In this document: piece by piece, positions 31,448-41,044 of the stretch
How the letters are laid out: each line of letters starts with the position of its first letter
Numbering within the stretch: position 1 is the first letter of the stretch
DNA from: Rhodoferax sp.
GTDB lineage: Bacteria; Pseudomonadota; Gammaproteobacteria; Burkholderiales; Burkholderiaceae_C
Reading direction: 5' to 3'
Length of the DNA: 64,000 nucleotides
NCBI GenBank assembly: GCA_019449595.1
Contig: JAGRPL010000014.1
Coordinates: forward strand, 246,043-310,042
Position numbers and translations under genes: made by a program
The notes under the pieces: generated by a model
Databases searched by the model: none
What the model was told of the DNA's origin: nothing
Seen by the model: the letters and a program-made list of their open reading frames with translations, nothing else

Positions 31448-31849
31448 ATGCTTGCCAATCTGCCACCTTTTCTGCTGCACTGGGCCATCACGGCCGTTTC
31501 CCTTTGGGTAGCCAGCCATATTTTCAGCGGGCTGAAGTTTGACAACTCCGCTGCGCTCATCATTTCTGCGCTGCTGCTGGGCTTTGTCAATGCCATCATC
31601 AAGCCGCTGCTGATCCTGCTGACACTGCCGCTGACGCTGCTCACCTTTGGCCTGTTTGTGCTGGTCATCAATGCGCTGATGGTGCAGTTGGTGGCCAAGC
31701 TGGTCAAAGGTTTCAGGGTGTCTAGTTTCTGGACCGCATTCTTCGCCAGCATGTTCATCAGCCTGCTCAGCATCGTGATCGGTGCCTGGGTGGCCGGTGG
31801 CAGCCCGGAAACCACCATCCAGATGCCACACAGCGGCGTCTGGCTGTAA
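31448..31849 (+). CDS. Phage-holin-4_2/DUF360 family small membrane protein (YvlD-like)
   Basis: 133 aa with 4 TM segments and 'LLLGFVNAIIKPLLILLTLPLTLLTFGLF'. Confidence 0.7.
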   Translation: MLANLPPFLLHWAITAVSLWVASHIFSGLKFDNSAALIISALLLGFVNAIIKPLLILLTLPLTLLTFGLFVLVINALMVQLVAKLVKGFRVSSFWTAFFASMFISLLSIVIGAWVAGGSPETTIQMPHSGVWL

Positions 31850-31887
31850 AGACCCTACCCCGATTCTCTTCAAGCGAGCCCTTGCAC

Positions 31888-32244
31888 ATGCCCCAAACCG
31901 TACCCGCCTGTCCCCAGTGCAACCTGGAGAACACCTACCCCGATGGGGACAACTTCATCTGCCCGGACTGCGGATTCGAGTGGCCCATGCAGGCCGCAGC
32001 CGACGAGGGCGAAGCGGGATCGGGCGATGGCGTGATTCGCGACGCCAACGGCAATCCGCTGGCGGAAGGCGACTCCGTCATCCTGATCAAGGACCTGAAG
32101 GTCAAGGGTTCTTCCACCGTGCTCAAGAAGGGCACCAAGGTCAAAAGCATCCGCCTGCCAGCAGGGGCAGGGGACCATGAGGTGGACTGCAAGCTCGACG
32201 CCGGCAGTTTCATGCTCAAGGCCTGCTTCCTGAAGAAGGCCTGA
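31888..32244 (+). CDS. phnA: Zinc-ribbon protein YjdM/PhnA
   Basis: 'CPQCNLENTYPDGDNFICPDCGFEW' and 'VLKKGTKVKSIRL...LKACFLKKA'. Confidence 0.85.
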   Translation: MPQTVPACPQCNLENTYPDGDNFICPDCGFEWPMQAAADEGEAGSGDGVIRDANGNPLAEGDSVILIKDLKVKGSSTVLKKGTKVKSIRLPAGAGDHEVDCKLDAGSFMLKACFLKKA

Positions 32245-32259
32245 GCAGGCGCCAGCGCC

Positions 32260-32514
32260 TTAGCTGGTGCGGCGTGGCACCATCGGGCCGCGGCCTTCGA
32301 TGTGGCGGAAGTTGATGCGACCCTTGCTCAGGTCGTACGGCGAGAGTTCCAGCGACACCTTGTCGCCGGCCAGAATGCGGATGTGGTTCTTGCGCATCTT
32401 GCCGGCGGAGTAGGCAATCAACTGATGGCCGTTGTCCAGCGTCACGCGAAACCGCGTATCGGGCAGCACTTCATCGACAACACCCATCATCTCAATCAGG
32501 TCTTCTTTGGCCAT
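32260..32514 (-). CDS. infA: Translation initiation factor IF-1 paralog with a ~12-aa C-terminal extension
   Basis: '[67 protein letters not shown]' is collinear with E. coli IF-1. An extra '[14 protein letters not shown]' follows. Confidence 0.9.
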   Translation of the reverse strand: MAKEDLIEMMGVVDEVLPDTRFRVTLDNGHQLIAYSAGKMRKNHIRILAGDKVSLELSPYDLSKGRINFRHIEGRGPMVPRRTS

Positions 32515-32537
32515 GGTGTACTCCTATAAAAACAATT

Positions 32538-32756
32538 TCAGTGGGGGCGCGTGACGTCGCGCACCCAGTCAATACCCTGCGCAATGGCATAACGCGCAGC
32601 GGCGTCATGCGACGGAAATTCATCGTGGAACCGCATCACGCGGTCGGTGGACGCGCTGCCGCGGCCGCTGGCAATGGAAACCTGCGCAGCATACTGCCCA
32701 CAGGGAAGTTGACGGGGGCAGGCTGCAATCCGGTATTTACCCATGGTAATGGGCAT
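32538..32756 (-). CDS. Small hypothetical protein upstream of infA (start uncertain: 32789, 32756 or 32744)
   Basis: The ORF is co-oriented with infA and ends 23 nt upstream of it. No candidate start has a clear SD. No motif was recognised. Confidence 0.4.
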   Translation of the reverse strand: MPITMGKYRIAACPRQLPCGQYAAQVSIASGRGSASTDRVMRFHDEFPSHDAAARYAIAQGIDWVRDVTRPH

Positions 32757-33154
32757 TGGGGTCGTTCGAGTCGTTGTAGTAAGAATCATCAAAAAATTAA
32801 CTGGGCGCAGAACCGTGTGTCCGTGGCGCCCGAAAGCAAAGTTGGCATGCCCTCATGCCGAGGTACCCATCTGACCCTCCTGGCAAACCGTCCGTACCGG
32901 ACAGGCAACCAGGATACGCGCCATAGCAGGGGCGTCGTCAGCAGAAGGGGAAAGCCACTAGCCCGTGAGATGGGTAGCGTGAGCGCCGTTGAGGGGCCGG
33001 ACTAGCCGCTCCTCTGCCGGGAGCGTGTGCGTCAACGCATACCTGCGCAAACGTGGCCAGTCGCCAAAAGCGATGGCCTAATGTAACACGCCCGAGGAGA
33101 TCGTGCTTTTTATATGCCAGATTCGCATGTGGCCCCCGTACAAGCTGCGCGAGC

Positions 33155-33175
33155 AGCTATACAATTCATAGCAAT
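33155..33175. repeat. AT-rich palindromic motif copy (overlapping the aroG start)
   Basis: 'AGCTAT-acaattc-ATAGCAAT(G)'. Confidence 0.55.
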
Positions 33176-34259
33176 GAAAACCGAACTCACCACCCTCGAT
33201 ACCACCCGCATCGACGACACCCGCATCGGCGCCGTGCGTCCGCTGATCACCCCTGCGCTGCTCGAAGAGCGTCTGCCCGTGCCCGATACGGCGCTGGCTT
33301 TGGTGGAGAGCAGCCGCGCCGCCATCTCCCGGGTGCTGCATGGCCAGGACGACCGCTTGATCGTGGTGGTGGGGCCGTGCTCCATCCACGACCACGACCA
33401 GGCCATGGAATACGCCCGGCAGCTCAAGGTGCAGGCCGACGCCCTGAAGGATGACCTGCTGGTGGTGATGCGCGTGTACTTCGAGAAACCCCGCACCACG
33501 GTGGGCTGGAAGGGTTACATCAACGACCCGCACCTGGACGGCAGCTTTGCCATCAACGAAGGGCTGGAAATGGCACGCCGCCTGCTGCTGGACGTGCTGG
33601 CACTGGGCTTGCCGGTGGGCACCGAATTCCTGGACCTCCTGTCGCCCCAATTCATCAGCGAACTGGTGAGCTGGGGTGCCATTGGCGCGCGCACGACCGA
33701 AAGCCAGAGCCACCGGCAGCTGGCCTCGGGCCTGTCGTGCCCAGTGGGCTTCAAGAACGGCACCGACGGCGGCATCAAGGTCGCCACCGACGCCATCCAG
33801 GCCGCACAGGCAGCCCACGCCTTCATGGGCATGACCAAGATGGGCCAGGCCGCCATTTTCGAGACCCGCGGCAATAATGACTGCCACGTCATCCTGCGCG
33901 GTGGCAAGCAACCCAACTACAGCAAGGCCGACGTGGACGCCGCCTGCGCGCTGCTCAAGGGCGCCGGCCTGCGTGAGCAGGTGATGATCGACGTCAGCCA
34001 CGCCAACAGCAGCAAGCAGCACGCCCGCCAGATTGTGGTGTCTTCCGAGGTCGCCGCACAGATTGCGGCCGGCGACGCGCGCATCACCGGCATCATGATC
34101 GAGAGCCACCTGAACGAAGGCCGCCAGGACATCGTGCCCGGCGTGCCGCTGCAGCACGGCGTGTCGGTGACCGATGCCTGCATCAGCATGGTGCAAACCG
34201 TGCCGGTGCTGCAGGAGCTGGCAGCGGCCGTCCGGGCCCGCAGGGCCGCGAAAATTTGA
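33174..34259 (+). CDS. aroG: 3-deoxy-7-phosphoheptulonate (DAHP) synthase, class I (isozyme specificity unknown)
   Basis: 'RLIVVVGPCSIHD', 'MRVYFEKPRTTVGWKGYINDP', 'WGAIGARTTESQSHRQLASGLSCPVGFKNGTDG' and 'DVSHANSSKQ'. The start is chosen by collinearity with E. coli AroG. Confidence 0.92.
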   Translation: MKTELTTLDTTRIDDTRIGAVRPLITPALLEERLPVPDTALALVESSRAAISRVLHGQDDRLIVVVGPCSIHDHDQAMEYARQLKVQADALKDDLLVVMRVYFEKPRTTVGWKGYINDPHLDGSFAINEGLEMARRLLLDVLALGLPVGTEFLDLLSPQFISELVSWGAIGARTTESQSHRQLASGLSCPVGFKNGTDGGIKVATDAIQAAQAAHAFMGMTKMGQAAIFETRGNNDCHVILRGGKQPNYSKADVDAACALLKGAGLREQVMIDVSHANSSKQHARQIVVSSEVAAQIAAGDARITGIMIESHLNEGRQDIVPGVPLQHGVSVTDACISMVQTVPVLQELAAAVRARRAAKI

Positions 34260-34291
34260 ACCTTTGGCGTCGGGCCCGGTCCCACCCTTCC

Positions 34292-34996
34292 ATGAAGCTC
34301 TGCATTCTTGACAACGACATCCTGGAAGGGCACCTGGCAGACCAGCACGCCAGCTTTGGCGCCATGTTCATCCGCCTGTTCGAACGGGTCGGAGCCCGCT
34401 GGACCGCCGATGTCTTCAGCACGCCCCGGGGGCAATACCCGGCCTCGTTCGACGGCTACGACGCCGTGTTGCTCACCGGCAGCCGGGCCGATTCGTTCTC
34501 CGACGACCCCTGGGTGGTGGAGCTGCGCCGGCAGGTGACACAGCTGCTGCAACAGCGCAAGAAGATGGTTGGCGTGTGCTTTGGCCACCAGCTGATTGCC
34601 CTGTGCCTGGGTGCCCCGGTGGGGCGCGCCCCCCAGGGCTGGGGCGCCGGACGCATGACCTACGACTGGCATCGCCCCGACCTGCCACACAGTGCCGACC
34701 GCACCGAAATTTCCCTGCTGGCCAGCCACCAGGACCAGGTGTTTGAGCTGCCCGCCGGTGCCACGCTGGTGGCCAGCAGCGCGTTTTGCCCGGTCGCCTC
34801 CTTCACGGTGGGGCAAGAGGTGTTTTGCATCCAGCCGCACCCCGAATTCCAGGAGGACGTCAGCGCCTACCTGCTCAACAAACGCCGCGATCTTCTGGGC
34901 GAAGAACAGTACGCCTCCAGCATGGAAAGCCTGGCGCTGGGCCATGAAGGCGAGCACGTGGCCCGCATGGTGGTGGCGTTCCTGGAAGGCGGCTAA
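34292..34996 (+). CDS. Class I glutamine amidotransferase-like protein
   Basis: 'VGVCFGHQLIA' is the nucleophile elbow, in a GATase1 fold of ~234 aa. Confidence 0.75.
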   Translation: MKLCILDNDILEGHLADQHASFGAMFIRLFERVGARWTADVFSTPRGQYPASFDGYDAVLLTGSRADSFSDDPWVVELRRQVTQLLQQRKKMVGVCFGHQLIALCLGAPVGRAPQGWGAGRMTYDWHRPDLPHSADRTEISLLASHQDQVFELPAGATLVASSAFCPVASFTVGQEVFCIQPHPEFQEDVSAYLLNKRRDLLGEEQYASSMESLALGHEGEHVARMVVAFLEGG

Positions 34997-35505
34997 CGGC
35001 CACTCGCCTGGCCCGCCGGGCGCAGGGCCCGGGCCACGGCATCGGCATCCAGTGAGCGCGCCGCGCCAAAACCGGCCACCTGGCGGGCCCCCTGCACCGC
35101 AACCGCCACAAACCGGAAGTCGCCCAGTTGCGTCATCGGTTCAGCCTCGGGAAAGCGCGCCAGATAGACCCGGCGGGCATCCACCCACGCCGCGCTGTCC
35201 ACGACCAGCACGGCCGCCCTGCCTTCCAGCGTGACGCGGGGCAGGGCATGCACCGGCTCTCCGTCCCGCTCTGCCTGCATGACCAGAAGGGATACACGGG
35301 GCGCGGCCTGCAGATTGCGGGTATGTGCCGCCAGACCGCTGACGTGAATGACCAGCGAAGCCGAAACCGGTTCCACCGCAAACGGCACCATGGAAACAAA
35401 GGGCGCGCCATCCTCCCCCAACGTGCCCAGGGCGGCGATACGCTGGGTGCGCAACAGGGTACGCAGGGCGTTCGTCAGGCGGGGTTCGTGGAGTTCGTCG
35501 GGCAT
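34993..35505 (-). CDS. Pyridoxamine 5'-phosphate oxidase-family (split-barrel FMN-binding-like) protein
   Basis: 'LLRTQRIAALGTLGEDGAPFVSMVPFA' and 'RVSLLV...VTLEGRA' fit the pattern. The start is at ATG 35505. Confidence 0.6.
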   Translation of the reverse strand: MPDELHEPRLTNALRTLLRTQRIAALGTLGEDGAPFVSMVPFAVEPVSASLVIHVSGLAAHTRNLQAAPRVSLLVMQAERDGEPVHALPRVTLEGRAAVLVVDSAAWVDARRVYLARFPEAEPMTQLGDFRFVAVAVQGARQVAGFGAARSLDADAVARALRPAGQASGR

Positions 35506-35777
35506 GGACGCAGTATGCGGCCAAAGTGTTGCGCACAGAGCGCATGGAAAAGACGCGACCCCGGGCAGATGGTTTGCCCGGGGCCCTGGTTTTGCAACGC
35601 CGGCTCTTGTGAAGCCGGTCTTTCGCAGCGCAAGCGGGTGGCTTTTGCTGCGGTTGTCTGTGGGTAACAGATGGCTCCAGTGTAGACCCTGCACACCGGC
35701 AGACGATTGCGTTATGACCTGTGAATGGCTTTTATTTAGCATAAACTGCCAAAATTATTCCAATTCTCGGAACATAT

Positions 35778-36242
35778 ATGCAGCTCGATCGCTACGACCA
35801 GCACATTCTCGAAATTCTGCAGCACGATGGCCGCATCAACAACCAGGACCTGGCCGACCGCATTGGCCTGTCGCCGTCGCCCTGCCTGCGGCGGGTGCGG
35901 GCACTGGAGGAGTCGGGGTTGATTGTGGGCTACCGCGCTTTGCTGGACGCCAAGAAACTGGGCCTCGCGCTCTGGGCGTTGATCCACATATCCATGGACC
36001 TGCACACCCCCGAGCGGTTTGCCAACTTTGAGGCGGCCGTCGGCGTGCTGCCCGAGGTACTGGAATGCCTGTTGATCACCGGGCAGGACGCCGATTACCA
36101 GCTCAAGGTGGCGGTGCGCGACATGAACCACTACCAGGCGCTGCTGCTCGACAAACTCACCCGCATCGAGGGCGTGACCGGCGTACATTCCAGCTTTGTG
36201 CTGCGCCGCGTTGTGGACAAGACCGCACTGGCCGTGCGCTGA
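35778..36242 (+). CDS. Lrp/AsnC family transcriptional regulator
   Basis: 'LDRYDQHILEILQHDGRINNQDLADRIGLSPSPCLRRVRALEESGLI' is the HTH_AsnC element, followed by a C-terminal RAM domain. Confidence 0.9.
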   Translation: MQLDRYDQHILEILQHDGRINNQDLADRIGLSPSPCLRRVRALEESGLIVGYRALLDAKKLGLALWALIHISMDLHTPERFANFEAAVGVLPEVLECLLITGQDADYQLKVAVRDMNHYQALLLDKLTRIEGVTGVHSSFVLRRVVDKTALAVR

Positions 36243-36258
36243 AACCGGAGCCCTCTGC

Positions 36259-37032
36259 ATGTGCCTGATCGCCTGGAACTGGCAGCCCGCCAGCCACACA
36301 CCCCTGTTGCTGCTGGCCAACCGCGACGAGTTTTACGCGCGTCCGGCGCTACCCCTGCACTGGTGGCAAGCCGATGACCCTGCACGAGACCGCGCCACGG
36401 TTCTGGCCGGCAAAGACCTGCAGGGCGGTGGCACCTGGCTGGGGGTAAGCCGCAGCGGGCGGCTGGCTGCGCTCACCAACTACCGCACACCCGAACCCAC
36501 CCGCACCGACACGCCTTCACGCGGGGAGCTGGTGGCGGCCTTCCTGGAAGAAGCGACTGACGCCGAAACCTATCTGCAGGCCCTGGCACAACGCGCCGGC
36601 GACTACAACCCGTTCAACCTGCTGGTATTTGATGGTGAACGGCTGCTCGGGCTGGAAAGCCGGAGCGCCCGCCTGGTGCCCATGCAAGCCGGCATCGGTG
36701 CCGTGTCCAACGCCGACTTCCACACACCCTGGCCCAAGCTGACCCAACTCACCACCCGGCTGCAGGCGCAGATGGAGCAGGGCACCACCGACACCCCCCG
36801 TCTGCTGGGCCTGCTGCACGATCCGACGCGGGCACCCGACGCCGCACTGCCGGCAACAGGTGTATCGCGGGAGTTCGAGCGGGCCCTGTCGGCCACGTTC
36901 ATCGCCACGCCCGGTTACGGCACGCGGGCCAGCAGCGTGGTCCGGATCCACCAGCACCACGCCGAATTCACCGAGCAGAGTTTTGACGCCACAGGCCTGC
37001 GGACGACGGCGCAGCAGTCGTTCCGGTTTTAA
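36259..37032 (+). CDS. NRDE family protein (DUF833/TANGO2-like)
   Basis: N-terminal 'MCLIAWNW...LLLLANRDEFYARP' and 'GGTWLG'. Confidence 0.8.
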   Translation: MCLIAWNWQPASHTPLLLLANRDEFYARPALPLHWWQADDPARDRATVLAGKDLQGGGTWLGVSRSGRLAALTNYRTPEPTRTDTPSRGELVAAFLEEATDAETYLQALAQRAGDYNPFNLLVFDGERLLGLESRSARLVPMQAGIGAVSNADFHTPWPKLTQLTTRLQAQMEQGTTDTPRLLGLLHDPTRAPDAALPATGVSREFERALSATFIATPGYGTRASSVVRIHQHHAEFTEQSFDATGLRTTAQQSFRF

Positions 37033-38735
37033 TCGTCGCCGTCCACGCCGCGTCCGCGGCTGCTGCGCCAGATGGCGCGCACCAGCCACAGGCCCCCCAG
37101 CACCGCACCCACAAAGCCCAGCAGCCCGAAAGTCGGCAGCCCCAGAAGAGTGGGGCCACCCTGCACCGTCATGACGATGGACGAACCGATGATGAGCGCG
37201 GCAATCACCAGCGCCATGGCCAGCCGGTTGGCCGAGCGGTCAATCTGGTCCCCCACGCGCTTGAGATGCGCCAGCTCGATGCCCACATGCACGCGCCCGC
37301 GGCGCGCGTTGCGCAGCAGCAGGGACAGATCGTGCGGCAGCTGCTCCGCCACCGCCAGGGCGTGGCGCAGGGTTTTCCATGCGCGGGTTGCCAGCACCTT
37401 GGGCTGGTAACGGGCCCGCACCACCTGGTGCAGCATGGGCGTAGCCTGCGTCGCCATGTGAAAGCTGGGGTCCAACCCCCGACCCATACCTTCCAGGCTG
37501 ATAAAGGCCTTGATCAGCAACGCCAGATCGGACGGGAGGCCCAGGTGGTGTTCGCGCAGGATGGTGGTGACATCCGCCAGCATCTGTCCCAGGCTGAGTT
37601 GTGCCAGCGGCGTGCCGTGGTACTGGTCAACAAAGGCCTCTATCTCGGTTTCCAGTTGCGTCAGGTTCACGCCCTGCTCGTCACCCGTCCAGTCCAGCAG
37701 CACTTCGGCCACGGCCTGCGGCTGGCGTTCCACCAGACCCAGCAACAGCTGCAGCAATTCGTCGCGCCGCCGCTCCGAGAGCCGGCCCACCATGCCAAAA
37801 TCAATGAAGGCAATCCGGTTGTCGGGCAGGTAGAACACATTGCCCGGATGGGGATCGGCGTGGAAGAAACCGTCTTCCACAATCATCTTCAAAACCGCCT
37901 GGGCGCCCCGCTGCGCCAGCACGGTCCGGTCAAACCCCGCCTGCGGGGTAAGGCGGTCGAGCTGGCCACCCGGTATGCCGTCGATGTAGTCCTGCACGTT
38001 CACGCGCTCGCCCGTATGGGCCCAGTGGACGCGCGGAATGCTGATGTGCGACAGCGGCGCCATGTTGGCGGCAATGCGTTCGGCGTGGTGGCATTCTGTT
38101 GCCAGGTCCAATTCCCGGCGCAGGGATTTGGCAAACTCCCGCACCAGTTGCTGCGGACGGTAGGGTTTGAGAACTGGCATTTCCGCTTCTGCCACAGCCG
38201 CCAGGTGGCCCAGCAAGCGCAGGTCGGCTTCAATCGTCTCCCGGATGCCGGGCCGGCGAATCTTGACGATGACCTCGGTGCCGTCCTTCAGTTGTGCGCG
38301 GTGCACCTGGGCAATGGACGCCCCTGCCAGGGGTTGCACGTCAAACCGGGCGAAAACTTCTTCAGGCTCGCCACCCAGGTCTTCGCGCAATTGCGGGCGC
38401 AGCATCTCCAGGGGCAGGGCCGGTACGTGGCTGTGGAGTTTTTCGAACTGGGCAATCCATTCCGGGCCGAAAAGGTCGGCCCGGCCGGCCAGAATCTGCC
38501 CCAGTTTGACAAACGTGGGGCCCAACTCTTCCATGGCCAAGCGCACCTGCTCGGGCGGTTCGATGCGCGCCAGGTCGGCCGCGTGCTCCCATTTGAGAAC
38601 CCGGCCAGCCCGTTCCAGCCGGTCTGCCAGGCCCAGGCGGCGCACACTGTCGCCAAAGCCATGGCGCATGAGAACGCCTGCAATTTCCTGCAGGCGGCCC
38701 ATGTCGCGCGCCGCGCCCAGAGTCTCTATCAACAT
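37029..38735 (-). CDS. ABC1/UbiB-family atypical kinase-like protein with C-terminal TM segments
   Basis: 'GPTFVKLGQILAGRADLF', 'ASIAQVHRAQLKDGTEVIVKIRRPG' and 'FHADPHPGNVF'. The start is ambiguous (GTG 38762 or ATG 38735). Confidence 0.85.
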   Translation of the reverse strand: MLIETLGAARDMGRLQEIAGVLMRHGFGDSVRRLGLADRLERAGRVLKWEHAADLARIEPPEQVRLAMEELGPTFVKLGQILAGRADLFGPEWIAQFEKLHSHVPALPLEMLRPQLREDLGGEPEEVFARFDVQPLAGASIAQVHRAQLKDGTEVIVKIRRPGIRETIEADLRLLGHLAAVAEAEMPVLKPYRPQQLVREFAKSLRRELDLATECHHAERIAANMAPLSHISIPRVHWAHTGERVNVQDYIDGIPGGQLDRLTPQAGFDRTVLAQRGAQAVLKMIVEDGFFHADPHPGNVFYLPDNRIAFIDFGMVGRLSERRRDELLQLLLGLVERQPQAVAEVLLDWTGDEQGVNLTQLETEIEAFVDQYHGTPLAQLSLGQMLADVTTILREHHLGLPSDLALLIKAFISLEGMGRGLDPSFHMATQATPMLHQVVRARYQPKVLATRAWKTLRHALAVAEQLPHDLSLLLRNARRGRVHVGIELAHLKRVGDQIDRSANRLAMALVIAALIIGSSIVMTVQGGPTLLGLPTFGLLGFVGAVLGGLWLVRAIWRSSRGRGVDGDD

Positions 38736-38774
38736 GGCTGGATGATAGCGCCGCAGGCGCACGCGGGCACGGCT

Positions 38775-39035
38775 CTACCGTGCGTCGGGCAGTTCGATCT
38801 TGACTTCCAGCACTTCCAGGTTGTCCTGGCGCTCCAGGTTGACCTTGATGTCGGCCGGATTGATCTTGATGTACTTGCTGATCACGGCCACCAGCTCGGC
38901 CTGCAAGGCCGGCAGGTAATCGGGCTCTGCAGCGTTGCGACCACTGCGTTCGTGCGCCAGGATGATCTGCAGCCGTTCCTTGGCCACACTGGCAGTCTTC
39001 TTCTTTTCGCCAATCAGAAACGAGAGAAAGGACAT
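38775..39035 (-). CDS. minE: Cell division topological specificity factor MinE
   Basis: '[30 protein letters not shown]', downstream of minD. Confidence 0.92.
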   Translation of the reverse strand: MSFLSFLIGEKKKTASVAKERLQIILAHERSGRNAAEPDYLPALQAELVAVISKYIKINPADIKVNLERQDNLEVLEVKIELPDAR

Positions 39036-39039
39036 GGTC

Positions 39040-39855
39040 TTACTTCCCTCCAAAGATACGCTTCAGAAGCCCCTGCTTTGGCGCTTCAATGAAACGCATG
39101 GGCTTCTCGGTACCCAGAAAGCGGTCAATCACATCCTTGTAGGCTTCGGACACATCACTGCCCTGCATGTGCACCGCCGGCACACCCTGGTTGGACGCCT
39201 GCAGCACCGATTCACTCTCAGGAATCACACCAATCAGCGGGATGCGCAAGATGTCCTGAATGTCTTCCAGTGACAGCATCTGCCCCTGGTCCACCCGGGC
39301 CGGGTTGTAGCGGGTGATCAGCAGGTGTTCCTTGATGGGTTCGAGCTTCTCGATGGCCCGCCGGGTCTTGCTGGCCAACATGCCCAGGATGCGGTCGGAG
39401 TCCCGCACGGACGACACTTCGGGATTGGTGACCACTAAAGCCTCATCGGCGAAATGCATGGCCATCAGGGCGCCGGTTTCAATGCCGGCTGGAGAGTCGC
39501 ACACGATGTATTCGAAATCCATGGCGGCCAGGTCATTGAGGACCTTTTCCACGCCTTCCTGTGTCAGGGCGTCCTTGTCCCGGGTCTGCGAGGCAGCCAG
39601 CACGAACAGGTTGTCGCACTGCTTGTCCTTGATGAGGGCCTGGTTGAGGTTGGCTTCACCGTGGATGACGTTGATCAGGTCGTACACCACGCGGCGTTCA
39701 CAGCCCATGATCAAGTCCAGGTTGCGCAGGCCGACGTCGAAGTCGATGACGGCCGTCTTGTGTCCGCGCAAGGCCAGACCCGTTGCAAAACTGGCGCTGG
39801 TGGTCGTCTTGCCCACGCCGCCCTTGCCGGAGGTAACCACAACAATTTTTGCCAT
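39040..39855 (-). CDS. minD: Septum site-determining ATPase MinD
   Basis: '[16 protein letters not shown]' is the deviant Walker A. The C-terminal amphipathic helix is '[10 protein letters not shown]'. Confidence 0.97.
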   Translation of the reverse strand: MAKIVVVTSGKGGVGKTTTSASFATGLALRGHKTAVIDFDVGLRNLDLIMGCERRVVYDLINVIHGEANLNQALIKDKQCDNLFVLAASQTRDKDALTQEGVEKVLNDLAAMDFEYIVCDSPAGIETGALMAMHFADEALVVTNPEVSSVRDSDRILGMLASKTRRAIEKLEPIKEHLLITRYNPARVDQGQMLSLEDIQDILRIPLIGVIPESESVLQASNQGVPAVHMQGSDVSEAYKDVIDRFLGTEKPMRFIEAPKQGLLKRIFGGK

Positions 39856-39873
39856 AGTAAAAGGTCTTTCTGG

Positions 39874-40656
39874 TTAATTTTTCAGGGCTTCGATCAGCAG
39901 TTTGTCCTGCCCATCGTTGCTCAGGCGCACCTGCGCCGGTTTGCCGCGCACATCGGGAGCGAGCGGGTTTTCGCTGGTGCGGTAGACACCTGCAATGGAA
40001 ATGAGTTCGGGCTCCAGGCACAGCGAAAAAATGCGGGCCTGGGTGTTGCCCCGCGCACCCGCCATGGCCTTGCCGCGCAGAGGCGCATACACGTGGATGT
40101 TGCCATCGGCCACCACTTCCGCCCCCTGGTTGACCATGGCCAGCACCACCAGATCCCCCCCCCGGGCATAGATTTTCTGCCCGGATCGCAGGGGCTTGTC
40201 CACCACCATGGTGGCCGGGCCTGGCACTTCCCGTACCACCTCGCGCACCACTTCCTGTACCACGGTGGCAACCGGCTCGGCCACCGCCGGGCGCGCCCGG
40301 GGTGCGTCGGCCGGTGCCTGCGCCAGATCCAGTGCATGGGCTGCTTCCACCCAGGCGGCATTGGCTCCGCGGACCGCAACCGGCATGAGACGGCAGTTGC
40401 GCAGCGCGGCAATCAGGGGTAGCAGGTCCTGCACGGGCAGATCGGACGGCAAAAGGGAAAAATCAATGACCAGGGCATCCTGGTCAAAAAAATCGGGGCT
40501 CTCTCCATTGGCGCCGAATTGCTGCAGCAATTCGGCCGTCAGCAGGTCCCAGTCTGCAGTTTTGAGCAACAGGGCTACCAGCGGCAGCTGGGCGCTCTTG
40601 ATTTCAAACGATGCAGGCCCTTGGCCAGTTGGATTACCTGCGGACGAAACGGACAT
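39874..40656 (-). CDS. minC: Septum site-determining protein MinC
   Basis: Its position upstream of minDE and the C-terminal '[41 protein letters not shown]'. Confidence 0.9.
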   Translation of the reverse strand: MSVSSAGNPTGQGPASFEIKSAQLPLVALLLKTADWDLLTAELLQQFGANGESPDFFDQDALVIDFSLLPSDLPVQDLLPLIAALRNCRLMPVAVRGANAAWVEAAHALDLAQAPADAPRARPAVAEPVATVVQEVVREVVREVPGPATMVVDKPLRSGQKIYARGGDLVVLAMVNQGAEVVADGNIHVYAPLRGKAMAGARGNTQARIFSLCLEPELISIAGVYRTSENPLAPDVRGKPAQVRLSNDGQDKLLIEALKN

Positions 40657-40828
40657 GGAAAATGGGAAGCTGGAAAAGAGAAGACAAGGCGGTCAACCGC
40701 GGATTCCGAAGACGGCAAATCTTACTTGATTGCGCACGGCAAACGTCCAAATGTCCTGGCTTCTTTTCCAATGGGTGCACGAAGACGACAGATGGGAAAA
40801 AACTAAATTTCGCGCCGCAGAGGTTGTC

Positions 40829-41044
40829 CTCTATCTCTCTCTTTTCTTATTTATAAGATAGTAGTAGTAGATAAGGATCGCCCTGGACTGTGGATAAGGG
40901 TTTTTTATCCTTTTGGATCAAGGACTTGCGGGGTTTTGACCCCTGTGGGTGACCACGCTTTGTTGCTGTACCCGTTTCTTGAACAACCTGGCCCGTGGCG
41001 CCCAGGCTGTGGATAACCACTGCTTTATGCAGAAACTATGCACA
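40829..41044. other. DnaA-box cluster plus AT-rich tract (candidate oriC or DnaA-titrating/reactivating locus)
   Basis: Perfect 'TGTGGATAA' boxes at 40889-40897 and 41008-41016. An 8/9 match 'TTATGCAGA' at 41025-41033. A 7/9 match 'CTATGCACA' at 41036-41044. Weaker 'TTATCCTTT' at 40905-40913 and 'TGTGGGTGA' at 40944-40952. The AT-rich tract 'ctctatctctctcttttcttatttataagatagtagtagtagataagg' lies at about 40829-40876. Confidence 0.5.

Noticed and set aside
32793-33113. Whether the structured spacer could be SRP (4.5S) RNA, 6S RNA, RNase P RNA or a cobalamin/TPP/glycine riboswitch
   Set aside because: No GGAAGGAAGCAGC-type SRP domain IV is present. The fold is multi-branched rather than the single long 6S hairpin. 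Only a short 'AGUCCGGCC' resembles the RNase P P4 region and the spacer is too short. 'GCCACUAGCCCG' weakly resembles the cobalamin 'GCCACUG' block, but the other B12 blocks are absent. The spacer is kept only as an unclassified lead.
33114-33173. An upstream ATG as the aroG start
   Set aside because: It would add 20 residues with no counterpart in class I DAHP synthases. Collinearity with E. coli AroG supports ATG 33174, although that start has no obvious SD, so some doubt remains.
40859-40873. A (TAG)4 microsatellite
   Set aside because: It is too short to call as an independent repeat feature. It is treated as part of the AT-rich tract of the DnaA-box cluster.
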